Positions 35,920 through 44,659 are shown, counted from the first letter of the stretch. The stretch is 64,000 nucleotides of DNA from a virus (IMGVR_UViG_2881341136_000002:1733-65732), one strand, 5' to 3'. Made by a program: numbers and translations. Notes: generated from the sequence alone by a model not told the origin.

Positions 35920-38175
35920 ATGCCAAACTTTATTGTGGATTACGATCCCAAAAAATCAGCCCTGAAAAACGGGGCTGTTTCGTTAGCTATCACCGTTGAT
36001 GCAAAAAATAAAAAGCTGGCTGAGATGTCAGCGACCATGAAAATGGAGGAGGAGTTTCCGGGCGCAAGCGACAACTTTCTCAAACCGCGTGTAATAGAAG
36101 ACGCGATCGGCTCTCCACGCCCCGCACTTAATAAATTCGATGAAGTATTCCCGAAAGAAAACGAGGTTGTAGATGGTGTCTGGCGGCGTATCGAAGCGCC
36201 GGCACAAGCTAACGATCTCGTCGATTTCTCGACACTGTCGTTGCGCGAAAAAATCGCTGCGTTCGCGCTGTATGCGCAGGTTGAAATCACAGAGCATGAG
36301 TTTTCGATGGTGTGTGATTATCTCGATCTGCCTGATGGCGATGGGGATGCTGACGCAGACACGGACAAGCTGATCCGTGTACTCAGCGGCATTGAATTGC
36401 TGGAGCAGGCCACTGACGACTTGCTGCTCAATGTAGTGAATTCGGTTACTGCTCAATTCCCATCTATCGCCGATGTACCAGAGCGAGAAATTCTGGCGTT
36501 CGTTGATACGCTGACAAACAAACCCAACGAAGATACTCCAGCAAAAATACCATCGATCGCTGGGCTTGATCGTGAGCGTCAGTACACCCATACGTACGCC
36601 ATGTTGGATAAAGAAGTTGCGGCGGCTCTTGTGCGTGACGCAGCAGACTGCTGGGAACTGACAGCCGATCATGTCCGTGAATCTAATGTCCTGATTAATC
36701 AAAACGGTGAAGAATTCCAGCGCTGGTCTATGGAATTGCGTACGGCAGAAAACGCACTAAAAATCCCCCGCCCTATTGTTTTCGCGCTGGTTAGCGCAGG
36801 GAAAAAACGCCCTGAACTACTGAAAGACGCAAACGCCCGCCGCCAGTTCGTGGTTGATTTTCTCGCAGAGCATATGCAATCAGAATCCACCATATCGCAG
36901 AACCACAAAGCAGAAGGAGGGATGTCCACTGAAGAAGAAGAAGAACACGCCAGAGAAAATCTGCGCAGAGGATTTGAGGAATTTAGCAGGAAAACTGACG
37001 CAATATTCGACAATTCCCCTCAGGTTGAAAACCTCGGTCGTGGCCGATTCTCTATTGATGGCCTAACTGGTGACTCAGCATCAAATCAGGGCGAAAAAAC
37101 GGAAGTGGCCAGCGCAATCAATACACCTAAGGCTGAATCAAAGCAGCCTGAAACCGTTACGCCCCTCACACAAGGCGGCGCAGCTGGTGAACAGGTTATC
37201 AGCGACAGCACCGCGCAGCAGGCAAAAGAGTCGCTCGATCAATTGGGGTACGGTGTTTACGCAACCGAAACGGAAGCACCAGCACCAGCACCAGCAGACG
37301 ATTTTCAGCAAAGGGCTGAAGCTATAGAAGCCGAGATCGCAAAGAAAACCGATGGGGAACAAGAAAACCTCAATATCTGGAAACGGGTACAGCGCACAGA
37401 TCCGCGCTACACGAAACCGCTTGCAGGTGCAGGATTTGAAGGTACCAGCATTAACAGCGAATACATGATCATGCGGGCTACTGAAATCTTTGGCCCAGTC
37501 GGTAGCGGCTGGGGTTATCGCGTTTTGGAAGAGAAAATGATCCCTGGCGCGCCGCTGAGTGAATCGCTCTATGACGACAACAAAAAATTCATTGGCGTAA
37601 AACTGCTGCGTGATGCGGACGGGTCGCTTATCAGTGAATTGAATCACTCGCTGAAAATCGCCTTTTGGTACCTCAGCGATGAAAGCGAGCGTTCAGAGAT
37701 CGAAGCATATGGCGCAACGCCGTACATGTACAAAACCAAGACGGGGATTAAAGCAGACTCTGAAGTTATGAAAAAGAGCCTCACTGACTCCATCAAAAAA
37801 GCGCTGTCGCTGCTTGGTTTCAGTGCGGACGTGTGGCTCGGTATGCATGACAATCCTGAATACGCGATCGAAAACGCGATTGAATTCCAAATCAAAAACG
37901 CGAGCGATCGGGCTGAAGATACCGTGCGCCTGCGCACCGAGCTTGATGAGAAATTCACGAAGAACGCAGCGACGCTGGAGAAAGCTGTCAACGTCAACGA
38001 GGTTAACAAGGTGTTCGGTACCATCGCTCGTGAATTGGAAGTACACAGAAAAAACGCAGAGGCCAAAGGCGACACTGAGCACGCTAGATACCTCGCTGGC
38101 CGCCTGCGCCGCCTGAACCAAATCAAAGACGAGCGCATTTCAGCGCTTAACGCCACTGAAGGAGAAAAAGCATGA
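35920..38175 (+). CDS. RecE-like N-terminal region fused to a Rad52/Sak-like annealing domain
   Basis: N-terminal PRPALNKFD RecE-like segment; C-terminal FGPVGSGWG...KKSLTDSIKKALSLLGFSADV. Confidence 0.7.
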   Translation: MPNFIVDYDPKKSALKNGAVSLAITVDAKNKKLAEMSATMKMEEEFPGASDNFLKPRVIEDAIGSPRPALNKFDEVFPKENEVVDGVWRRIEAPAQANDLVDFSTLSLREKIAAFALYAQVEITEHEFSMVCDYLDLPDGDGDADADTDKLIRVLSGIELLEQATDDLLLNVVNSVTAQFPSIADVPEREILAFVDTLTNKPNEDTPAKIPSIAGLDRERQYTHTYAMLDKEVAAALVRDAADCWELTADHVRESNVLINQNGEEFQRWSMELRTAENALKIPRPIVFALVSAGKKRPELLKDANARRQFVVDFLAEHMQSESTISQNHKAEGGMSTEEEEEHARENLRRGFEEFSRKTDAIFDNSPQVENLGRGRFSIDGLTGDSASNQGEKTEVASAINTPKAESKQPETVTPLTQGGAAGEQVISDSTAQQAKESLDQLGYGVYATETEAPAPAPADDFQQRAEAIEAEIAKKTDGEQENLNIWKRVQRTDPRYTKPLAGAGFEGTSINSEYMIMRATEIFGPVGSGWGYRVLEEKMIPGAPLSESLYDDNKKFIGVKLLRDADGSLISELNHSLKIAFWYLSDESERSEIEAYGATPYMYKTKTGIKADSEVMKKSLTDSIKKALSLLGFSADVWLGMHDNPEYAIENAIEFQIKNASDRAEDTVRLRTELDEKFTKNAATLEKAVNVNEVNKVFGTIARELEVHRKNAEAKGDTEHARYLAGRLRRLNQIKDERISALNATEGEKA

Positions 38176-38672
38176 CAACCACCGCTATTGCGCTTGCGCA
38201 TGATTTGCAGAAGCTCCAGCAATTGCTGGAAACGTCCGACGATTTAACGCCAGAAATGATCGCCGACACAATGGAAGGGTTAGAGCTGGAGTTAGCAGAC
38301 AAACTGGATGGCGCATACATCCACGTCCGCAACCTGGAGGGATTGGCAAAAACGTGTGATGAAGAAGTTAAGCGCCTTACCGACCGCAAAAAATCGTTTG
38401 AGAACCGCGCCAAATCAATCAAGGGCTATGTGTTGAATTGCCTGCTGGCTGCCAACCTCGACAAGCTCAAAACGACCACCAACACATTTACAGCCCGTAA
38501 GGGTGTCGCAAGTGTGATTATCGATAATGAAGGCCTGTTGCCTGATGATTTGGTAGCAGTTCAAACTATCGTGGCGCCGGACAAAAAAGCCATCAAAGAG
38601 GCCATTGAAAACGGCGTGGAAGTACCCGGTGCGCACATTGAGATTGGCGCGCGTTCTCTGCAAGTTCGATAA
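38172..38672 (+). CDS. Siphovirus Gp157-family protein
   Basis: IADTMEGL...PDKKAIKEAIENGVEVPGA. Confidence 0.85.
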   Translation: MTTTAIALAHDLQKLQQLLETSDDLTPEMIADTMEGLELELADKLDGAYIHVRNLEGLAKTCDEEVKRLTDRKKSFENRAKSIKGYVLNCLLAANLDKLKTTTNTFTARKGVASVIIDNEGLLPDDLVAVQTIVAPDKKAIKEAIENGVEVPGAHIEIGARSLQVR

Positions 38673-38707
38673 CGGCTGACCACCGTATAGCAAGCGAGGC
38701 AAGACCA

Positions 38708-38884
38708 ATGCTAAAAATGTCGGCAAAGCGAGGGGACGTTATCCATATCGTCTTACCAGATGGCCGGAACGGAATGATAGCAGTGCATTCGCGTAGCGTG
38801 TTCGCATTCCACTTTCCGCCTGATGTTAGGGTGACGTGCGAACGTCGCCAGCCGGAGCAACTGATTAACGATAATCAGAAATAA
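38708..38884 (+). CDS. 58-aa CsrA-like protein (not in ORF track)
   Basis: Own translation MLKMSAKRGDVIHIVLPDGRNGMIAVHSRSVFAFHFPPDVRVTCERRQPEQLINDNQK; motif RBS; ML..S.K.GD.I.I and P.DV.V..E pattern. Confidence 0.6.
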   Translation: MLKMSAKRGDVIHIVLPDGRNGMIAVHSRSVFAFHFPPDVRVTCERRQPEQLINDNQK

Positions 38885-38930
38885 CCCGCCATTAGCAATA
38901 CCGTGTGACCTCCATTTTACGGGGGTCACA

Positions 38931-39137
38931 ATGCAATCATGGAAACCGGGCAAATGCCTGCTATCTGATTTCGACATCAAAATCGGTCGGCTGTCTGCGA
39001 GCGTTAGAAAAATTACCCTAACGCAACAGGATATAGACCAATCCTGCGCAGCGGCCGACGCAATCATTGATAAATTAAGGCAAGACCATGACCGACCTAT
39101 TAACCGACGACGAGCTAATAGAACTGACAGGCTATAA
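38931..39137 (+). CDS. Hypothetical protein overlapping xis
   Basis: ORF with SD sequestered in a 10-bp hairpin. Confidence 0.5.
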   Translation: MQSWKPGKCLLSDFDIKIGRLSASVRKITLTQQDIDQSCAAADAIIDKLRQDHDRPINRRRANRTDRL

Positions 39138-39303
39138 GTATGCGTCAAAGCAACGCGCCGCTCTAACCCGATCCGGCATTTCGTTTATCACCCGTAGGGA
39201 TGGGCGACCCAGCGTCACATGGGCGGCAATTAATGCCAGCCTATCCACTGTGAAAGCTGAGCAATTTAAAGACGTTGAACAGCCTAATTTTGATGCGATT
39301 TAA
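39088..39303 (+). CDS. xis: Excisionase (DUF4224-like)
   Basis: LTDDELIELTGYKYASKQ...RRDGRPSVTW; directly before int. Confidence 0.82.
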   Translation: MTDLLTDDELIELTGYKYASKQRAALTRSGISFITRRDGRPSVTWAAINASLSTVKAEQFKDVEQPNFDAI

Positions 39304-39305
39304 TC

Positions 39306-40331
39306 ATGGCTCGTAAACGTAAAGATCCCCGCGATAACGCATTACCGCCACGCGTATATCGCGGGAAAAGTAAATATGAATTCCACCCGATTGGTGGCGG
39401 CTCTATTTCACTATGCCCTCTCGATTCCCCCATTCCACTAATCTGGGAGAAATACGACGCGGCAAATAATTATCGCGAGGAAAAATTCACTCTTGAGCGA
39501 ATGGCAGAGCGATTCATGCAATCACCAGACTTCCTCGATCTCGCGAGTGAAACACAAAAGGACTACCGGAAATACTCTGCGAAAATAATTCCAGTTTTTG
39601 GTGAGATGTCGCCCGACTCAATCAAGCCCGAACACATCAGGAAATATATGGATAAGCGCGGAGTGAAAAGCAAGACACAGGCAAATAGGGAAAAGGCGTT
39701 TATGTCACGCGTATTCAGATGGGGTTATGAGCGGGGGCTATGTAAAGGTAACCCATGCAAGGGCGTTAAACAGTTCAAAGAAGTGGCGCGAGATCGTTAC
39801 GTGACTGATGACGAGTATAACGCCCTGTACTCCGTCGCAGCTCCATTTGTCCAGGTGGCTATGGAAATAGCCTATCTGTGTCTCTCACGGCAGGGGGATG
39901 TTCTCTCGCTGACTGAGGGGCAAATATTAGATCAGGGGATTTTTATCGCTCAGGGAAAAACGGGCGCAAAACAAATCAAGGCATGGACGGACAGGCTGAG
40001 AGCTGCTGTAACAAATGCACGTAACTTGCCAATAAAACCGGGCATCAGCAGCATGTACATAATTCATCAGGCGACCGGAGGGCGCTACACTCGCGACGGA
40101 TTCAACAGCCGCTGGCAGCAGGCCAAAGAAGATGCGGCCGCGGCGTTCCCACACTTGAGCTTTGATTTCACGTTTCACGATCTCAAGGCTAAAGGGGTTT
40201 CAGATCTCGATGGGACGTTAGCAGAAAAACAGGCAATATCGGGACACATGACAATCAGCCAGACAGCACGATATGACCGCAAAATACCGATCGTTCCAGT
40301 TGTCGGCGGTCAGAATAAAAATTCACGATAA
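39306..40331 (+). CDS. int: Tyrosine integrase of prophage 1
   Basis: LSRQGD, KTG, FHDLKAK, GH, TARYDR catalytic residues. Confidence 0.93.
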   Translation: MARKRKDPRDNALPPRVYRGKSKYEFHPIGGGSISLCPLDSPIPLIWEKYDAANNYREEKFTLERMAERFMQSPDFLDLASETQKDYRKYSAKIIPVFGEMSPDSIKPEHIRKYMDKRGVKSKTQANREKAFMSRVFRWGYERGLCKGNPCKGVKQFKEVARDRYVTDDEYNALYSVAAPFVQVAMEIAYLCLSRQGDVLSLTEGQILDQGIFIAQGKTGAKQIKAWTDRLRAAVTNARNLPIKPGISSMYIIHQATGGRYTRDGFNSRWQQAKEDAAAAFPHLSFDFTFHDLKAKGVSDLDGTLAEKQAISGHMTISQTARYDRKIPIVPVVGGQNKNSR

Positions 40332-40359
40332 TTGCATATTTACCAAACACGCAAAAATC

Positions 40360-40381
40360 ATATTAGGAAGAATATTAGGAA
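40360..40381. repeat. Direct repeat ATATTAGGAA x2 (probable integrase arm sites)
   Basis: Copies at 40360 and 40372 between int and the tRNA fragment. Confidence 0.55.
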
Positions 40382-40395
40382 AGGGATTTCAGGCA

Positions 40396-40417
40396 CAAAA
40401 AAACCGCCTTACGGCGG
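40396..40417 (-). terminator. Terminator downstream of the tRNA 3' end
   Basis: Minus strand CCGCC-GTAA-GGCGG-T7. Confidence 0.75.
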
Positions 40418-40464
40418 CTCACGACATTGCACATAAGTGCTTGTTTTAATTCTTTTTAAATCAA

Positions 40465-40519
40465 TGGTGCCCGGGGCGGGACTTGAACCCGCACAGCGCG
40501 AACGCCGAGGGATTTTAAA
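40465..40519 (-). pseudogene. leuZ: 3' half of tRNA-Leu(TAA), attachment-site remnant shared by both prophages
   Basis: Minus strand TTTAAAATCCCTCGGCGTTCGCGCTGTGCGGGTTCAAGTCCCGCCCCGGGCACCA; 5' half absent. Confidence 0.9.
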
Positions 40520-40646
40520 AAGTTACACCACATTAAATAAAACAATAGGTTAAATGATATCAACAAGTTGCAATTACGGAATTGTACGGAATATTGCGCT
40601 ACGCTCGTTTTTGCTGCCATCAAATCTGACAATGGCAGCGATCTGA

Positions 40647-41654
40647 TTACTTATCTATTTCTAATGAATCAAACGGATTTAGGGTAACAGCCGCATCGAG
40701 ATGATCTGGTGCAAAGTGGGCATAACGCATCGTCATGGTGATAGTGCTGTGACCTAAAATCTGTTGCAGTACCAGAATGTTTCCGCCGTTCATCATGAAG
40801 TGTGATGCGAATGAGTGACGTAAAACGTGGGTAAGCTGCCCGCTCGGTAGTTCAATGCCTGCACGTTTAATGGCGTACTTGAAAGACTCATAAGCTGGGG
40901 TGAAAAGCGACCCGCGTTTTTTAGGCAGCAGGCTGCGCATCTTCTCAGAAATTGGCACCGTTCTATTCTTGTTGCCTTTCGTCCTGGTGAAAGTAACGCG
41001 ATTTGGCAAGATTTGAGATTGCTTTAAATCTTGTGCCTCACTCCATCTTGCACCTGTCGCCAGGCACAGACGAACGATGATACCCAAATCTTTATTATCT
41101 GATTCATCACACGCAGCCAGCAGGCGCTTTATCTCATCCGGATAGAGAAATGCCAGCTCCTGATCACCTTCTTTGAATTGGCGTATGCCATCTAGCGGAT
41201 TTTCTTTATCCCACTCCCCCATCCTTTTCAGCTCGGAAAAGACCGCACGCAGGTAAGAGTATTCACGGTTGACCGTCGCTTCTTTCAGAACAGCTTTACC
41301 CTTTGGATTCCATTCACCTTTCAGCCGTCGTTCGCGGTACACAGCAAACATATTTTTATCAACGTCGATAGCAAACGGATCACCCAAACGTTCACAGATG
41401 GCGAGTAATTTCGTGTAGCGGGAATCACCGGAGGATAGTGTTTTACCGTGCATGTCATACCAGCGCTGAACCAAATCTTTCAGAGTGATATTACTGGTTG
41501 TGGTATCAATGCCTTTTTTATCGGCCATAAGGCGGCGCTCATAAGAAAGCGCCTCGCCACGTGTAGCAAACTGTTTGCGAATGCGTTTACCATCACGGCC
41601 ATAAGGGAAGCACTGGCAAAGCCATTTGCCGGATGGGAGTTTACTTACAGCCAT
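40647..41654 (-). CDS. int: P2/186-type tyrosine integrase
   Basis: TGARWSE, THVLRHSFASHF, ILGH..ITMTMRYAH. Confidence 0.95.
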   Translation of the reverse strand: MAVSKLPSGKWLCQCFPYGRDGKRIRKQFATRGEALSYERRLMADKKGIDTTTSNITLKDLVQRWYDMHGKTLSSGDSRYTKLLAICERLGDPFAIDVDKNMFAVYRERRLKGEWNPKGKAVLKEATVNREYSYLRAVFSELKRMGEWDKENPLDGIRQFKEGDQELAFLYPDEIKRLLAACDESDNKDLGIIVRLCLATGARWSEAQDLKQSQILPNRVTFTRTKGNKNRTVPISEKMRSLLPKKRGSLFTPAYESFKYAIKRAGIELPSGQLTHVLRHSFASHFMMNGGNILVLQQILGHSTITMTMRYAHFAPDHLDAAVTLNPFDSLEIDK

Positions 41655-41658
41655 GCGT

Positions 41659-42000
41659 TTATCTCTCTTCCTTTTTCTGAGAAATTATTGCTTCTGCTTT
41701 ATCAATAATTTCCAAAACTTCATTGTGTGGAATATCCTTTAGATTCAGATTGATAGATTTGTTATTTTCTAAAGTCACAACAAATATGATCTCTCTTTTT
41801 TTCGATAAATTTTTTAAAACAGCAAGAATTTTCTTTGCTGCTTCCGTTGCAGTACGAAAGGTTGCAATAAGAGATCCGGCGCTAGAGGCGGAGTAATTCA
41901 CGGTATAACTGACATCTATATCGTGACTTTTAAGCTGAGATATCACATCATCTTTACAGTCATCATCAAGATAAAGCCTGAGGACGTTTATGAGGCTCAT
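41659..42000 (-). CDS. Small AT-rich accessory protein
   Basis: 113-aa ORF with GAAGGAG RBS. Confidence 0.65.
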   Translation of the reverse strand: MSLINVLRLYLDDDCKDDVISQLKSHDIDVSYTVNYSASSAGSLIATFRTATEAAKKILAVLKNLSKKREIIFVVTLENNKSINLNLKDIPHNEVLEIIDKAEAIISQKKEER

Positions 42001-42264
42001 TTTTATCGGTTCTCCTTCACTAAAGCAGCGTATTTATCGCTTTAGCCTTTTTTTATTTGTTGCTATCAGTCAATTATGCGGACGTAACACACTTTTGACG
42101 ATGGATCGGTTTAGCTCCGCTGATGAGGTCAAAAGTGGTAACGGCTTTATCGTTCTACTAAATAGAGATAAAAAACCATCCTCCCCATAAAATAGAAGGT
42201 ACTAATAAAGCCGTTTGTTGGAAAGGGAGAGCTTATCCCATAGTGACTGTTGTATAATTAAATT

Positions 42265-43095
42265 TTAACCAATGCATACTTTAGTAAACGCTTTACCATA
42301 ACTTGTTAGGCCAAAGCATTTTTTATAAATTACTGCATGACTGTCACAAGTGCTGTTGATTTTGTTAATCATATCAGCCACATGTGTTTCTTTTAAAACC
42401 TCATCATATTGTTCTTGTTTCATATAAGAAAGACCATTGGGTATTTCACATATCCCGAGCCTACACAGATTATCTACATACATAGAGAATTTTTGATGAC
42501 TATTAATTCCAGCCTCTACTCCCACTAAAGAATAATTTCTTATAAAAGGTGCCTCCCCACCCGTGGCATTCATTTTTGCGTTGACATCAATTATAGGGAT
42601 GGAGTATTTATCATTAATTAATTTTATTATCACTGCTTCATTAGAGCTAAGTTGTTTTATAATTTCCACAAAGCTAGGGTGAATGTTATCAGCCTTATTT
42701 TTATCCATGGCTGAAGCCAAAAGATTAGCAAAAACATCACTTATAAAATCATCATCGCCGCTATACCGCAATGCTTCAATTAAAGGAACTGCTATATTAG
42801 CCTTAGGTGTAATAATATCTTCCGGCTTTGTATCTTTTAATTTCTCAGTAACTTTAGGAATGAATTTTCTTTCTATATCATCAATTTTCCACACCATCAC
42901 ACGTAACGGTAAAAGGGCGGAATTTATTGATTTGGCAATAACAGCAAGACCTTTACCTAGCTCCTGTGCTGCTGGTTGTATCAAATCCTGATACACAGAC
43001 ACTGACTGTGTAAGCCCAGTCACAGCATTAATAGTTTCTGCAACTTTGTTATTTCCAGAGGGATTACCTTTTTCTGAGTTATTTTCATCGTTCAT
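42265..43095 (-). CDS. DUF4393/Abi-alpha-like protein
   Basis: VYQDLIQPAAQELG...IAVPLIEAL...FANLLASAMD...HPSFVEIIKQLS. Confidence 0.75.
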   Translation of the reverse strand: MNDENNSEKGNPSGNNKVAETINAVTGLTQSVSVYQDLIQPAAQELGKGLAVIAKSINSALLPLRVMVWKIDDIERKFIPKVTEKLKDTKPEDIITPKANIAVPLIEALRYSGDDDFISDVFANLLASAMDKNKADNIHPSFVEIIKQLSSNEAVIIKLINDKYSIPIIDVNAKMNATGGEAPFIRNYSLVGVEAGINSHQKFSMYVDNLCRLGICEIPNGLSYMKQEQYDEVLKETHVADMINKINSTCDSHAVIYKKCFGLTSYGKAFTKVCIG

Positions 43096-43120
43096 TTTCC
43101 AACCTCATAAATTAAATGTA

Positions 43121-44008
43121 TTAAACTGCGTAACTTTGCCATTGTTCTTCACTAAGGATTTTTAACGCAGCGCCTCTGTTATCTCGATAATCGATCGCTT
43201 TCTCTATTTTTCTGCCATGAGCCTGATAACGCCAATGTTTACAACTTAAGGTGCCAATAATCAGGTAGTCCAATTTCAGAGTGATGTTATCAACAACCTT
43301 TCCACCAGCTAATTCTATGGCTTCTTTACAAACAGACCTTTTGCCATATAGGAAATCACCCGTTAGGCAAACAACTGCACCATTGAGATTCAGGCTATCA
43401 ATATCATCTACTGGTAAACTGGTTGATAATCCATCAACAATCCCGTTATCAATATCGCTACCTGTAAAAGCGATTAATGCCTGTTTTAGCTCTTCCCGTT
43501 CTTCAGGGGTAATGATGCCATCATCAAGAATTCGCTTAACCAATGCATAAAGCTCTTTGCCTGGGTAATTGACCTTAAGAGCGCCATTAGAGGTTAACCA
43601 CCAGTTAAGGTATTTCACTTCTGAATCATTAAGTTGATGATTGGCTAACATTCCTTTGCATAAACCTTCCAGCAAGTGTTTATCAGCCTCTTCTGAGTAC
43701 AAATCCAGCTCAGGTAAATCAGATAAATCTTTTTGCACTTTAATTAAGTCAGCTTTCAAAAATTTTAACTCATGGGGTTCAATTACCCCGTCAGCCAAAA
43801 TATCAGCGATTCTATGTGAAAGCATTTTTACACAGTAATTCTTATTAATCAGTTCTGATTCTTTTAACCATACATCAAGAAAAAGCACCTCTTTATCATC
43901 AAATTTTCCATCGCTATTAATCCCTTCGATGATATTGATAAGATTAATGAGTAATTTTTCTTTATTGCGTTTGTAGTTAAAGATTTCAATATTATTTTCA
44001 TCAGTCAT
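43121..44008 (-). CDS. BRCT-domain protein with duplicated TerB-like helical repeats
   Basis: Two GI..DG...E...L..W repeats, then CLTGDF...GG.V...DYLIIG...GRKIEKA BRCT. Confidence 0.75.
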   Translation of the reverse strand: MTDENNIEIFNYKRNKEKLLINLINIIEGINSDGKFDDKEVLFLDVWLKESELINKNYCVKMLSHRIADILADGVIEPHELKFLKADLIKVQKDLSDLPELDLYSEEADKHLLEGLCKGMLANHQLNDSEVKYLNWWLTSNGALKVNYPGKELYALVKRILDDGIITPEEREELKQALIAFTGSDIDNGIVDGLSTSLPVDDIDSLNLNGAVVCLTGDFLYGKRSVCKEAIELAGGKVVDNITLKLDYLIIGTLSCKHWRYQAHGRKIEKAIDYRDNRGAALKILSEEQWQSYAV

Positions 44009-44056
44009 GATTTGATCACCAATTTATTTAAATTTATATTCTTAGAGAAACTGATA

Positions 44057-44659
44057 TCAATGCGCCAACAACATTCCCAGCACGATACCCGCCGCAAGTA
44101 CTGCGCCAAAGATCCGTGGTTCTGCTTTTAGGGTATTTACCACATCCTGCCACGTCTGCACTTTTGGGGATGATGCGTTGGGTGTAGTTCTGCCCTGCCG
44201 TTCATCCAGCCATCTCATTGCTTGCTGAAGCTGGGGGCGGGTTAAATCAATTAACCGGCTTGTACCAAAATTGATGTGACAGAATCGCGTAAGCTGTTCA
44301 CGTAATTCGTTCTGCTGCGTACTTCTTAATAGTTGGGACACTAATTTTTTATTGGCATCCTTTTCCCGACTGCGATCATGTAACGCATTCAGGAAACTTA
44401 GCGCCGTGGAATACTGGCTGATGGTGATTTCTTCAATGCCATTCACACCGAGTTCAGCATGTAAGCGACGCCAAACAAAACGAGCCTCTTCACGCCCTGC
44501 TTCTGCAATATCTTTTACCAGTTGGTTTAATTGGGAACGCTGTGCACTAACCAACGGGCGCAAATCTTCTTTAGTCTGTGGGGCGGCAATATTGATATTT
44601 TTTTCGTAATAATCACGTCCTGCGACCCGATTACTATCCCCTTGAGCCTCTACGGTCAT
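44057..44659 (-). CDS. Hypothetical protein with C-terminal membrane anchor
   Basis: N-terminal RVAGRDY motif; C-terminal IFGAVLAAGIVLGMLL. Confidence 0.7.
   Translation of the reverse strand: MTVEAQGDSNRVAGRDYYEKNINIAAPQTKEDLRPLVSAQRSQLNQLVKDIAEAGREEARFVWRRLHAELGVNGIEEITISQYSTALSFLNALHDRSREKDANKKLVSQLLRSTQQNELREQLTRFCHINFGTSRLIDLTRPQLQQAMRWLDERQGRTTPNASSPKVQTWQDVVNTLKAEPRIFGAVLAAGIVLGMLLAH

Larger units (their letters stand above)
1..40464. mobile_element. Prophage 1: temperate myovirus with lambdoid early region (left end beyond window)
   Basis: Contiguous tail-head-terminase-lysis-Q-replication-cro/cI-recombination-xis-int order ending at a tRNA 3' fragment. Confidence 0.95.

Noticed and set aside
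36028-38422. Several long minus-strand ORFs
   Set aside because: Antisense shadows of the 751-aa recombination gene; the same applies to most short opposite-strand ORFs in the track.
40465-40519. Functional tRNA-Leu gene
   Set aside because: The 5' acceptor strand and D-arm are absent; it is an att remnant.
42119-42160. Hammerhead ribozyme suggested by CTGATGAG
   Set aside because: No stem II followed by GAAA in the required position; the motif lies inside a different hairpin.
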